The notes under the pieces were generated by a model. It did not search any database and was not told the DNA's origin. It worked only from the letters and a program-made list of their open reading frames with translations. Position numbers and translations under genes: made by a program. This document shows, piece after piece, positions 19,151 through 27,961 of a DNA stretch of 64,000 bases (the stretch's first letter is position 1; every line of letters begins with the position of its first letter). Source of the stretch: Pseudomonadales bacterium (GTDB taxonomy: Bacteria; Pseudomonadota; Gammaproteobacteria; Pseudomonadales; JAUIET01); contig JBGCFQ010000020.1 in the NCBI GenBank assembly GCA_045106985.1, positions 227,897 through 291,896 on the forward strand, in the 5' to 3' direction.

Positions 19151-20335
19151 TTACATGCGGCCACGTGGCATCCAGAGCCCTGCTCCTGCGATTATTTCGC
19201 GTTGCACTTCATTGGTGCCGCCCCCAAAGGTAAGAATAGAACCCGTTCTATATCGATGTTCCAACGCGCCCAATAGCAGCGCCCCTTCGGAGCCGCGTCT
19301 TAAGGTACTTGCCTGCCCCACTACCTCCATCAACAACCGATAATTCTCGAGAAAGAATTCTGTACCGTAAACCTTGGCCAAGGACGCATCCGCCATCTGT
19401 AGGGTACCCATATCCATAGCCCAAGCCTGCTTCCAACACACAAGCTTAAGTGCGTCCAATCCAACTTTCACCTTTGCGAGATTGCTTTTCACCCAAGCAC
19501 GGTCCATCACTTTCCTGCCATCTGCGGCACTCGTGTTTGCTGCCCACCTTCCAACTCTGAGATACAATTCCTCAGCTTGGCCATGAGTTACTAGTGACAA
19601 GCGCTCACGGTTTAGTTGACCCGTGATCAACTTCCAACCCTGATTAACTTCGCCTACTCGCCACTCATCTTTCAGCCTAATATTCTCATAGAACGTTGAG
19701 TTGGTCCGTACACTGCCAAGAGTCCAAATTGGTGACATCGAAAAACCATCGATATTCGTAGGCACCACAAACATTGTTATGCCTTTGTGTTTGGGCGCAT
19801 CCGGGTCAGTTCGTGCAGCCAGCCAGACGTAGTCCGAATACTCAGCTAGGCTAGTCCATATTTTTTGCCCGTTAATTAACCACTCATCTCCATCTCGAAC
19901 GGCTTTGGTTTTTAGCGCAGCCAAATCCGTGCCTGCATCTGGCTCTGAATAGCCAATAGCAACGACAACCTCACCCGCGAGAATGCCCTTCACAACGGAT
20001 TCACGCACAGTTTCAGAGGCATGCTGCGCCATTACCGGACCGCACGCTTCAGTGGTCAGAAATGGGTAAGGGAAGCCAGTACGAACTATTTCTTCTGTAA
20101 AGATGTATTGGTCGATTGCAGAGGCTTCCTGGCCACCCAGCTCCTTTGGCCAACTCATAGAAATATATCCGTCAGCACCTAGCTTTTTTAAAGCCTTGCG
20201 AAACTCTGGTCCGCCACCTTCTTCGGCTCCAGCAGCGGCTAATTCTGCGGTAAGCTCTGGAGTAAACATCTCTGCAAGATACGCTCGAACCTCCCGCTGC
20301 AGTTCTTTTTGTTCGGGAGTGAAATCTATCTTCAC
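19151..20335 (-). CDS. Acyl-CoA dehydrogenase, FadE26/FadE29-like subunit
   Basis: IGYSEPDAGTDLAAL, NGQKIWTS, KHKGIT, QLNRER, TFGGGTNEVQR; GTG start behind AGGAG. Confidence 0.92.
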   Translation of the reverse strand: MKIDFTPEQKELQREVRAYLAEMFTPELTAELAAAGAEEGGGPEFRKALKKLGADGYISMSWPKELGGQEASAIDQYIFTEEIVRTGFPYPFLTTEACGPVMAQHASETVRESVVKGILAGEVVVAIGYSEPDAGTDLAALKTKAVRDGDEWLINGQKIWTSLAEYSDYVWLAARTDPDAPKHKGITMFVVPTNIDGFSMSPIWTLGSVRTNSTFYENIRLKDEWRVGEVNQGWKLITGQLNRERLSLVTHGQAEELYLRVGRWAANTSAADGRKVMDRAWVKSNLAKVKVGLDALKLVCWKQAWAMDMGTLQMADASLAKVYGTEFFLENYRLLMEVVGQASTLRRGSEGALLLGALEHRYRTGSILTFGGGTNEVQREIIAGAGLWMPRGRM

Positions 20336-20546
20336 ATCATGCTCCTGTAAGGTTTTGAGTAGTACGCTTGCAATTAAAGAGGGTAAAAAGCAGGCAAACT
20401 GACGTTGTAGTATAGGGAATGGTCAAATTATCCAATAATTACACATCGCTAAGTATTTTCTTAACCGCGGCAACGTTGCATAATAGCGAGAGCTCAATGA
20501 CATGATCGCTGAGCCAATCTTAATATAAAGACCTGGGAGTTTCCTA

Positions 20547-20822
20547 ATGAGTAAAATTGGTTCAACTAAAATGGGGCTGGCAGTTGCAGGCCTAAGCCTT
20601 ATGATTCTTGGCGGCTGTGCAACTCAAGATACTGCACGACTGGACACCATCGAAGCATCAATCAGCCGAGCACAAGCTGCGGCCGATGCAGCTATGTCTG
20701 CTGCACGTTCTTCACAGTCTGACGCCTCTGCTGCGCAAAGTGCTGCTAATGCCGCTCAAGACGCTGCAAACAATGCAGTAACAACAGCTCAGCGTATGAC
20801 TGAAAGCTGCTGCCGCAAGTAA
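20547..20822 (+). CDS. Lpp/OprI-like alanine-zipper outer-membrane lipoprotein
   Basis: Lipobox LGGC, Ala-rich heptads, C-terminal Lys (ESCCRK); GGGAG RBS; adjacent to an LDT gene. Confidence 0.85.
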   Translation: MSKIGSTKMGLAVAGLSLMILGGCATQDTARLDTIEASISRAQAAADAAMSAARSSQSDASAAQSAANAAQDAANNAVTTAQRMTESCCRK

Positions 20823-20860
20823 AGCCTTAGGGCTGCGATTGGTATAACGCCAATCGTGGG

Positions 20861-20896
20861 CAAAAAAAACCCGCTATTGTATGCGGGTTTTTTTTG
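20861..20896. terminator. Bidirectional intrinsic terminator
   Basis: CAAAAAAAACCCGC-TATTGTAT-GCGGGTTTTTTTTG perfect 14-bp stem with A/T tails between convergent genes. Confidence 0.9.
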
Positions 20897-20932
20897 TCTT
20901 ATTTTTGCAGCCTAGAGCTTACACTTTATTGC

Positions 20933-21952
20933 CTAGCTTTCTTCCTTGCGAGTATTTGGGCTTATATCGCTCAAAGTTTCTGCAGGTTCGATGCTCAACT
21001 TCTCCTCTGGCGCCAGCACTTCTGGAGGGCTGGTTAAAACCACCGGTGCCGTAATTGGAACGGGCAATCCATGATGCCGACGAGCGCTCGTCTCGGCTAA
21101 ATCCCAATTTATCGCCTCGTCACGGCCCTGATGCGCAGCAATTATTGCACCTACCATGCGTGTAAGATCAAGACCGGTTTTTTCGAATTCTTCGCTTAAG
21201 GGCTTGTGCGCCTCCAAAAATAAGCGTCCCTCTGACCAACCCGCTTTATAGGGTAATTTAACAATACGCACTTTGATGCCAACTGGCCCTAAATTGTAAA
21301 GCTCTTCTATATCATCAGGATACAAACGAATACAACCATGGCTGACTCGCATGCCAACGCCTAAGGGCTTGTTCGTGCCGTGCAGCAGATAAGTCGGCAT
21401 GGAAAGGTTTAGCTTGTAGGCACCTAATGGGTTGTCTGGTCCAGGTTGCACTACCTTTTCAAGAGGAGTGCCTTCAGCTTCATACTCATCGCGAATGGAT
21501 TGCGGCGGGGTCCAGGTAGGATTAGCGATAGCCGTGGTTATGCGGGTATTACCAAGGGGAGTATTCCACCCTTCACGACCGATACCGATAGCGTAGGTAA
21601 TCACTTTGTTTTCATCTGGCGGGAAGTAATACAAGCGTAATTCAGACAGGTTCAGCACCATGCCTGTCCGCTCGCCTTCGGGCAGTATGAACCGAGAGGG
21701 CACATGAACGATTGTCCCTTCACCAGGCAACCAAGGGTTCAAATCAGGATTAGCTGCAATTATCTCGCGGTAGCCTATACCATGTTCCATAGCGATACTT
21801 GGCAAAGTATCTTCATGGCTTGCGATCACTTCTATCATTTCCCCAATAACATCATCACCTTCTGGCGGCAGGTCATAGGTAAGCGCTGCCGCCGCATGGG
21901 GCAGCAGCAGAGTAATAGACAAGACAATAATTCGAGACAGCCGGCTAGCCAC
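20933..21952 (-). CDS. L,D-transpeptidase (ErfK/YbiS/YcfS family) with LysM-like domain
   Basis: NLSELRLYY, YAIGIGR, NPTWTPP, GPDNPLG, HGTNKPLGVGMRVSHGCIRL catalytic motif; signal peptide. Confidence 0.93.
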   Translation of the reverse strand: MASRLSRIIVLSITLLLPHAAAALTYDLPPEGDDVIGEMIEVIASHEDTLPSIAMEHGIGYREIIAANPDLNPWLPGEGTIVHVPSRFILPEGERTGMVLNLSELRLYYFPPDENKVITYAIGIGREGWNTPLGNTRITTAIANPTWTPPQSIRDEYEAEGTPLEKVVQPGPDNPLGAYKLNLSMPTYLLHGTNKPLGVGMRVSHGCIRLYPDDIEELYNLGPVGIKVRIVKLPYKAGWSEGRLFLEAHKPLSEEFEKTGLDLTRMVGAIIAAHQGRDEAINWDLAETSARRHHGLPVPITAPVVLTSPPEVLAPEEKLSIEPAETLSDISPNTRKEES

Positions 21953-22098
21953 AAAGCCTCCCAGTGTGTATTCAACCGCTAATGATAGCGATTAAGACCC
22001 ATTTGGCAACCGCTCAAATTTGGCACAATTTAGGCAGCGCTTCAGATTGGAGAATGAATAGGCGAACAGCCTCGCCTTCGTTGATAGGCGAAAAGCCG

Positions 22099-24924
22099 TC
22101 AGACGTTTGGCACACTACCTTTGTCTGAAGGATCGGATCCCGCATCACGCTCATCGCTGTCAAAAGACCCATCGGTGTCTCTATCCAGCGCCATTCGCTC
22201 TCCTTGGCCCGGTGGAGTACAAGTGAAGGTCAGGCTGTTGCCGGGTCTTCGCGCGAGGTCCATTAGCTGAGCTAAGGTCCGGGTAGGATCGGCAGCTCGG
22301 TCAGTTTGAAAACGTCCAGTATCCAGCATAAAGGCACCACGAACTTCCCCATCAACACGGCCACGAGCGATCAAATCGCACTCTTCCCGCGGATCAACAA
22401 TCGCGGCTCGATCTTGAAGCAACTGCAAGCGAGTCTGCAGCGAGGCACTGAGAGCAAAATCGGCCGACAAGGTAACTTGCTGCCCAACTATAGGCGCTAG
22501 ATTGGAATCTATTGCAAATACGAAATCAATGACGTCTTCACGATCAGCATCGGTATCAAACACAAAACCAGCGCCGCTGGCCACGCCATCTTCAACATTT
22601 CCGGAGAAGAAGGTGGTTAAGGTATCAACAGCCCCATCGTGTAAAAAACCGTAGCCGCGAATTTGCGGGCCCATAAAAGGTCTGCCATCAGTTGATATAT
22701 TTGTGCTGCCAAACATACCTACTTTCTGATAAGCATTGCGTAAATGTGGAATCTTAAAATCTTCAGACACTGCGCTACCTTCTACGCTCATCAATCCCGC
22801 TGTGCCGAACTGATTCTGTTGCACATCGAGCACATGGCACTGATTACAGCGGAGCGCGCCACCGCCGGTACTGCCTACGTTGAAATAGATGTCGCGCCCG
22901 TTGTCTTGCCCCGGCGTTAAAGAATTGTCCAGGCTTCGAATTGGATTAGGAGGATAAAGAATTTTCAATGCAAATCGCGCAAACAAATCCATCTCCAGGG
23001 CATCTAATTCTTCCTCTCGCCCCAACAAACCTACAAATGCTGAATTAAACTCCTCAAAGGCCTGCTCTTCCAACGTTTCGTTGTCACCACGGGCAACGCC
23101 CGTTCTGTCGCCGCGCCAATGCATAGGCCCGTGACCAGCCGTACCGCGCAAAGATTGGGTGGTCATGGGGCCCTTCATTGGATGAAAGAAAGGTATCGCG
23201 GTGCCATTGTCGATCCGGTATTCCCTAGGGTTATCTTTAACCTCACCTTCAGGTTCACCCAAATCCCAAGCTACATGGTCCATGTCTGCGAATATATGGC
23301 AACTCGCACAAGACGAATCGCCTCGGCTTGAACTCAGCTCTGCGTCATACAAAAAACGCCTTCCTTCCACTACTAATTCAGGCTCGGGATTAAACATTTG
23401 GACGTGTGAGAGTTCACTCAGCCCATTTGTATCAACAACCGAAATGCCATTGTCAAAACGAGTAAGTACGTAGGCTCTGTTTCGGACTTCGTCTAAAACA
23501 AGACCACTAGGTCCTCCAGCAGAGAGCCTGACTTGCTGGCTCGCTGTTGGCACAAAGCCATCTGTGCGTAATTGCTCGGTATCAAACACTGCCAGTTTCG
23601 CTGAACCAAATGCTACCGCATACAATTGCTCACCATTCGCGCTGATTTGCATTTGTAAGACTTGCGCTAGGCTCAGCTGTTTTTCATCCGCTGTGCCTAA
23701 GTCCTCTTCGTAACTTTGTATGTGTTTGTTTAAATGCCGGGGAATGACCGCGGTACCGTCCAATATTGTGATGCGCGTTTGCGCCATATTACCCCGAACT
23801 GTTGTGCCTAAACTCCCTTCACCTTCAAAACGCACGTGATTTCGAGCGTCAGTATTACTCACATAGACCTGATCATTAACGGGGTTGATTGCCAGATTAA
23901 ATAAAGTGGTTCCAACCCCCGTGTATCGGCCTATTTCGACCGGCGTGGCAGCCATCGCATCAATTTCAAAAACATCGTTGTCTGGCAATTCGAAACGTAC
24001 ACGATCATCCCATATCGATGGCGCTGTATTGCTACCTGGGTCACCGTTGTCCAACCAGTTGGTACCATTGTGTTTTACGATGAGAGCGGTTTCTGGCGCA
24101 TTTTCTCCTGCCAAATTTGCAAGAGGTGGCGCTTTATCCAGCCCACCGTTACGCCGGGCTGCAAATAAAGATGTGGTTTTATTGCCCGAATTAAGTACAG
24201 CTGCATAGACTCGGCTTCCATCTGATGATGCGGCCAAACCACGTGTAGTATCTCCAAACATGTTTACTATGGTGCTAGCCGTGCCGCCATTCGGCAGGCC
24301 TAGGCTAGCTGTGTCGAACACCCATACATCTGCTCGCCCAACACCTGGTATCTTGAGCTGTGGATCGAAAGGGGCATTCTGCCCCCGATGCGCTACGGAA
24401 ATAAAAGCGCGGTTGAAGCCTGGGCCAGCGAACACCAAGTCACGAGGCTCATCACCAACTAGCAGCGTTCCAACAACGGCTGCCGGTATTGAATTAACGT
24501 CCAGGATGCTAACACTATCTGAAAGGTGGTTAACAACCCATACCGCTCCGCTATTATGTACAGCGACACTGACTGGCTCCATCCCAACATCAACCGACTG
24601 TTGATGGCTCAGCCCCGAATCTCCGACAGAATAAATCTCTAGACGATTGTCCGGAGTGTTAACAGCGTAGAGCTGACTGCCATCGGCTGAGAGCGCGAGC
24701 GGTCTCACCTGGCCTGATTCAAACACAGGGAATTCGAAGTCTTCAGCATCCGCTTGCGGGTCCGTATTCGCAGGCCCCACTGGGTCGGGTGTTGGGGCTG
24801 GCTGGGGCGTCACAGGTGTAAGCTCTCCAATGGGTGTAGCCTCAGAACCACCGCCAGAACTGCAAGCAGTCAGCGCACCTGCTAGGCATAAGTATACTAA
24901 AACGCGAAAATTCAATTCCTTCAC
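22099..24924 (-). CDS. Large lipoprotein: YVTN/YncE-type beta-propeller plus diheme cytochrome c (bCcP/MauG-superfamily-like) domain
   Basis: Lipobox LTAC, P/T linker, propeller repeats (VGMEPVSVA, VVNHLSDSVS, VGDEPRD), CASCH and CNQCH, GPMHWRGDR, FKIPHLRN...FLHDG; GTG start 24924. Confidence 0.75.
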   Translation of the reverse strand: MKELNFRVLVYLCLAGALTACSSGGGSEATPIGELTPVTPQPAPTPDPVGPANTDPQADAEDFEFPVFESGQVRPLALSADGSQLYAVNTPDNRLEIYSVGDSGLSHQQSVDVGMEPVSVAVHNSGAVWVVNHLSDSVSILDVNSIPAAVVGTLLVGDEPRDLVFAGPGFNRAFISVAHRGQNAPFDPQLKIPGVGRADVWVFDTASLGLPNGGTASTIVNMFGDTTRGLAASSDGSRVYAAVLNSGNKTTSLFAARRNGGLDKAPPLANLAGENAPETALIVKHNGTNWLDNGDPGSNTAPSIWDDRVRFELPDNDVFEIDAMAATPVEIGRYTGVGTTLFNLAINPVNDQVYVSNTDARNHVRFEGEGSLGTTVRGNMAQTRITILDGTAVIPRHLNKHIQSYEEDLGTADEKQLSLAQVLQMQISANGEQLYAVAFGSAKLAVFDTEQLRTDGFVPTASQQVRLSAGGPSGLVLDEVRNRAYVLTRFDNGISVVDTNGLSELSHVQMFNPEPELVVEGRRFLYDAELSSSRGDSSCASCHIFADMDHVAWDLGEPEGEVKDNPREYRIDNGTAIPFFHPMKGPMTTQSLRGTAGHGPMHWRGDRTGVARGDNETLEEQAFEEFNSAFVGLLGREEELDALEMDLFARFALKILYPPNPIRSLDNSLTPGQDNGRDIYFNVGSTGGGALRCNQCHVLDVQQNQFGTAGLMSVEGSAVSEDFKIPHLRNAYQKVGMFGSTNISTDGRPFMGPQIRGYGFLHDGAVDTLTTFFSGNVEDGVASGAGFVFDTDADREDVIDFVFAIDSNLAPIVGQQVTLSADFALSASLQTRLQLLQDRAAIVDPREECDLIARGRVDGEVRGAFMLDTGRFQTDRAADPTRTLAQLMDLARRPGNSLTFTCTPPGQGERMALDRDTDGSFDSDERDAGSDPSDKGSVPNV

Positions 24925-24937
24925 TATCCCTGCCAAG

Positions 24938-26614
24938 CTAATGCTGGCTATCAACTTGCTCGTTATCTTCAATGCTATGATCTTGCTTAACTCTCAACGC
25001 TAAAAAAGCGTTACCTGCCATTTGACCGAAAACTTCGTACCCAGACGTAACAAACATCTGATCTCGACTGAGATATATTCCACCGAGATCCACCGAACCA
25101 CCCTTTGCAGTTCCATTCACGGCGGAAAAGTTTTTTGCTGTTTCATAACGCCACACTCTGGCTCCCGACGTTGACTCAAATGCGTGCAGCACACCATCCA
25201 AAGATGCAGCAAAAACCAGGCTCTCAGTTGCCGTGACCGCGGCTGACAAACCATTAAAGCAGTCCTCATCCTCAACGCACGGTTCCGCCGGCGCGTACCA
25301 CAAGGTATCACCGGTGCTTAACGCAAGCGCATGCAAGCCAGGTTCGGCCACACCATCTTCAGCGTCTCCCAGGTCGTATACATGTCGGTCGCTAATTGGC
25401 ACATACAGCACATCACGTCGCTGATCTACAGCCATACCAAAATGTACGCCGCCAAGCTTACCTCCGCGGCCCAACTTGCGCTCCCATAAAGTCTTACCGG
25501 CGTCGTTGGGGTCTAGGGCCCGAACAACCCCGTTCTTTTGACCAACTAATAATATTGCTTTGCGATCATGCACCGTTAGTATCGGTGGCGCACCAAAATC
25601 CAGATCAACGCCATTTTCTTCAGGACAATTGGTATCTATTATCAAGGAACACGACACATTCCAGGCATCATTGCTTAAAAACTGGCGATGCCAGTTAATT
25701 TTGCCAGTATCGAGATCCATAGCAATAATGGCATCGCTCATCTCGGTAGCTGGCGAGCTATAGTTCTCACCCGTCCCGACATAAAGAGTATTGCGCTTTT
25801 CATCAATGGTGGGTGCTGACCAGACTGGCGCACCAGAGGGACCCCACACATCAGGCAACAGCCATCGTTGCTTAATACGCTTCGGTTCTTCCGTAACGGT
25901 ATAAGTGCGCCACAGAGAAGTACCTGTTTGCACATCCAGAGCAAGGACAGAACTCCTAAACGTGCAGCAACTATAAAACGGGTTTAAAGCCCAGAATGCT
26001 TCCCATGACGATATAGGTACGTAAAGCCTGCCCTCATGAAAGGCCGGGGAACCGCTAATCATGGCTTTTTTGTGGGAATCGGCCTTGATCCGCCACACTA
26101 GCTTTCCAGACAGCGCATCAATTGCATAAACAAATGCTTCAGCATCACCGAATACGAGAAGTGGTCTCGTTGATCCTTCTTCAGAGCCGGATGGCTCAAT
26201 CAAGCGAATAGCAGTTCGAACTGACGCCTCCGCAAGAAAGGTCCAACGGGTACAGCCACTTCGACGATCTAGCGCGTAAATCACGCCAGGCTCATCCGCA
26301 ATGTAAACCACATTCGTGGTGATCATGGGTTGGGAGTGAGGCATTTTTGAATCTGGCAGTGCGAACGCCCAGTCAAGCTCAAGACTGCTTACATTTTTGC
26401 CATTAATGCCAGCCTCTTCAGACCTAACGTACCGGCTATTCTTATTATCCAACCCCCAACCGTTTACGTCAGCTTTTAACTCGATGGGGCTTTCCATCAC
26501 AAGTGGGTGACAAAGATCTGACAAGGCAGAACTAGACGCAGTCAATAGAACAACGGCCAGTAAAATCCTAAAAAGCGACGTTAAAATAGACTGGGGACGA
26601 GTACAGCTAGGCAT
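24938..26614 (-). CDS. PQQ-dependent dehydrogenase, polyvinyl-alcohol dehydrogenase-like, without a heme domain
   Basis: LELDWAFA, GCTRWTF, YSCCTFRSS, GPSGAPVWSAPTID, YVGTGENYS, DLDFGAPP, GQKNG, GGVHFG; no CxxCH. Confidence 0.82.
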   Translation of the reverse strand: MPSCTRPQSILTSLFRILLAVVLLTASSSALSDLCHPLVMESPIELKADVNGWGLDNKNSRYVRSEEAGINGKNVSSLELDWAFALPDSKMPHSQPMITTNVVYIADEPGVIYALDRRSGCTRWTFLAEASVRTAIRLIEPSGSEEGSTRPLLVFGDAEAFVYAIDALSGKLVWRIKADSHKKAMISGSPAFHEGRLYVPISSWEAFWALNPFYSCCTFRSSVLALDVQTGTSLWRTYTVTEEPKRIKQRWLLPDVWGPSGAPVWSAPTIDEKRNTLYVGTGENYSSPATEMSDAIIAMDLDTGKINWHRQFLSNDAWNVSCSLIIDTNCPEENGVDLDFGAPPILTVHDRKAILLVGQKNGVVRALDPNDAGKTLWERKLGRGGKLGGVHFGMAVDQRRDVLYVPISDRHVYDLGDAEDGVAEPGLHALALSTGDTLWYAPAEPCVEDEDCFNGLSAAVTATESLVFAASLDGVLHAFESTSGARVWRYETAKNFSAVNGTAKGGSVDLGGIYLSRDQMFVTSGYEVFGQMAGNAFLALRVKQDHSIEDNEQVDSQH

Positions 26615-26719
26615 TGGATATCAGTGAAACAATGGCGCAAAGTGCGTGCAGGCAGTAGAATACGCGAACTGCGTGTAAGCATCAAAGCTTGTCGTAGCAC
26701 TCCGTGGACCCTCAGCAGT

Positions 26720-27961
26720 ATGTTAACAATTCGTAAATTCGAACAACAAGGCTTAAACCCCCGCCTGGTATTGCCAATTACCTTGTTAATTGTTGTTGCC
26801 ATTATTGTGTGGTTATTGATGGCCACGGGAAAATCGGTTGAACCACAAGCAACGAAGGCAAGGGCTTTGCCTATAGACGCTTTCGCCACCGCGGAGCAAA
26901 ACCTTCAGCTGAAAGTTAACTCACAAGGCACGATTGAGCCGCGCACGCAAAGTGATTTGGTAGCCGAAGTTTCTGGGCGAGTAAGTTGGGTGTCGAGCAA
27001 GTTGGTATCTGGCGGGCAAATTACTCAACACGACGAATTATTGCGAATTGACGCCGCCGACTATGAAACTGAACTGGCAAGAGCAAAAGCCGCTCTAGCT
27101 CGTGCTCGTGCGGAAGAGACCAGAGCTACCAGTGATTACCAACGTGTTACCCAACTTCATACAAGAAAGCTCGCAAGCAAGTCGGAGCTAGATGAAGCAA
27201 ACCGTTCTTTCGAAGTTGCCAAGGCAAACCTCGCTGAGGCCGAAGCCAATGTGGCGAAAGCGCAGCGTGATATTAGACGTACTAACGTGAAAGCACCTTA
27301 CGATGGCCTCGTTCGAAGCAAGTCTATTGACGTGGGCCAGTACGTGAGCAAGGGCACTGCAATCGCTAAAGTATACGCAACTGACTATCTCGAAGTTAGA
27401 TTGCCCATCACCAATTCTGAATTGGCCTTTGTCGATCAGCGCTTATTACAAGCAGGTGCCGAAGCAGACAAACCCAGCGTACTATTAAGCGCCAATTACG
27501 CCGGTGTGAATACGCACTGGAGAGGTTATATTGATCGGTTGGAAGCGACCATTGATACATCGTCAAGAATGGTGTTTGCGGTAGCTCGACTGCAATCTCA
27601 TGAAAACCAGCCTCCTCCTGTTGGACTTTTTGTTCGCGCCCAGATTTCCGGCATCACTACCGGAAAGGTAACCACGATTCCGCGCGCTGCATTGCGTGAC
27701 GACAATACCGTGCTGGTGGTTGGCGCCAACAACATTCTGCAAAGCCGAAAAATATCTCTGTTGCGTGTAGAGGGAGAGCGCCTGATAGTAAATAAAGGCC
27801 TACAGGACGGGGACCTGGTAAACACTTCTTTGAGTCCATCCTTGGCGGCTGGCACCTTGGTGGCTCCGCAGGTCGCTAACCAGGCAATATCTCTGCAACT
27901 GGACACGCCTACTGAACCGCTCAGCGCAGCAGCAGAAGCAGAAAGCGGCAGCCTGGAATGA
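26720..27961 (+). CDS. RND efflux membrane fusion protein
   Basis: N-terminal TM anchor, QGTIEP, AEVSGRV, coiled-coil hairpin, APYDGLV, GLFVRAQI; start uncertain. Confidence 0.88.
   Translation: MLTIRKFEQQGLNPRLVLPITLLIVVAIIVWLLMATGKSVEPQATKARALPIDAFATAEQNLQLKVNSQGTIEPRTQSDLVAEVSGRVSWVSSKLVSGGQITQHDELLRIDAADYETELARAKAALARARAEETRATSDYQRVTQLHTRKLASKSELDEANRSFEVAKANLAEAEANVAKAQRDIRRTNVKAPYDGLVRSKSIDVGQYVSKGTAIAKVYATDYLEVRLPITNSELAFVDQRLLQAGAEADKPSVLLSANYAGVNTHWRGYIDRLEATIDTSSRMVFAVARLQSHENQPPPVGLFVRAQISGITTGKVTTIPRAALRDDNTVLVVGANNILQSRKISLLRVEGERLIVNKGLQDGDLVNTSLSPSLAAGTLVAPQVANQAISLQLDTPTEPLSAAAEAESGSLE

Noticed and set aside
20332-20340. ATG-ATG-TGA mini-ORF overlapping the ACAD GTG start
   Set aside because: AGGAG is optimally spaced for the GTG, not the ATGs; likely coincidental
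22020-22036. Sigma-54-like TTGGCAC-N5-AGGCA sequence
   Set aside because: The -12 element is imperfect and it points antisense into the 3' end of a minus-strand gene with no downstream + gene
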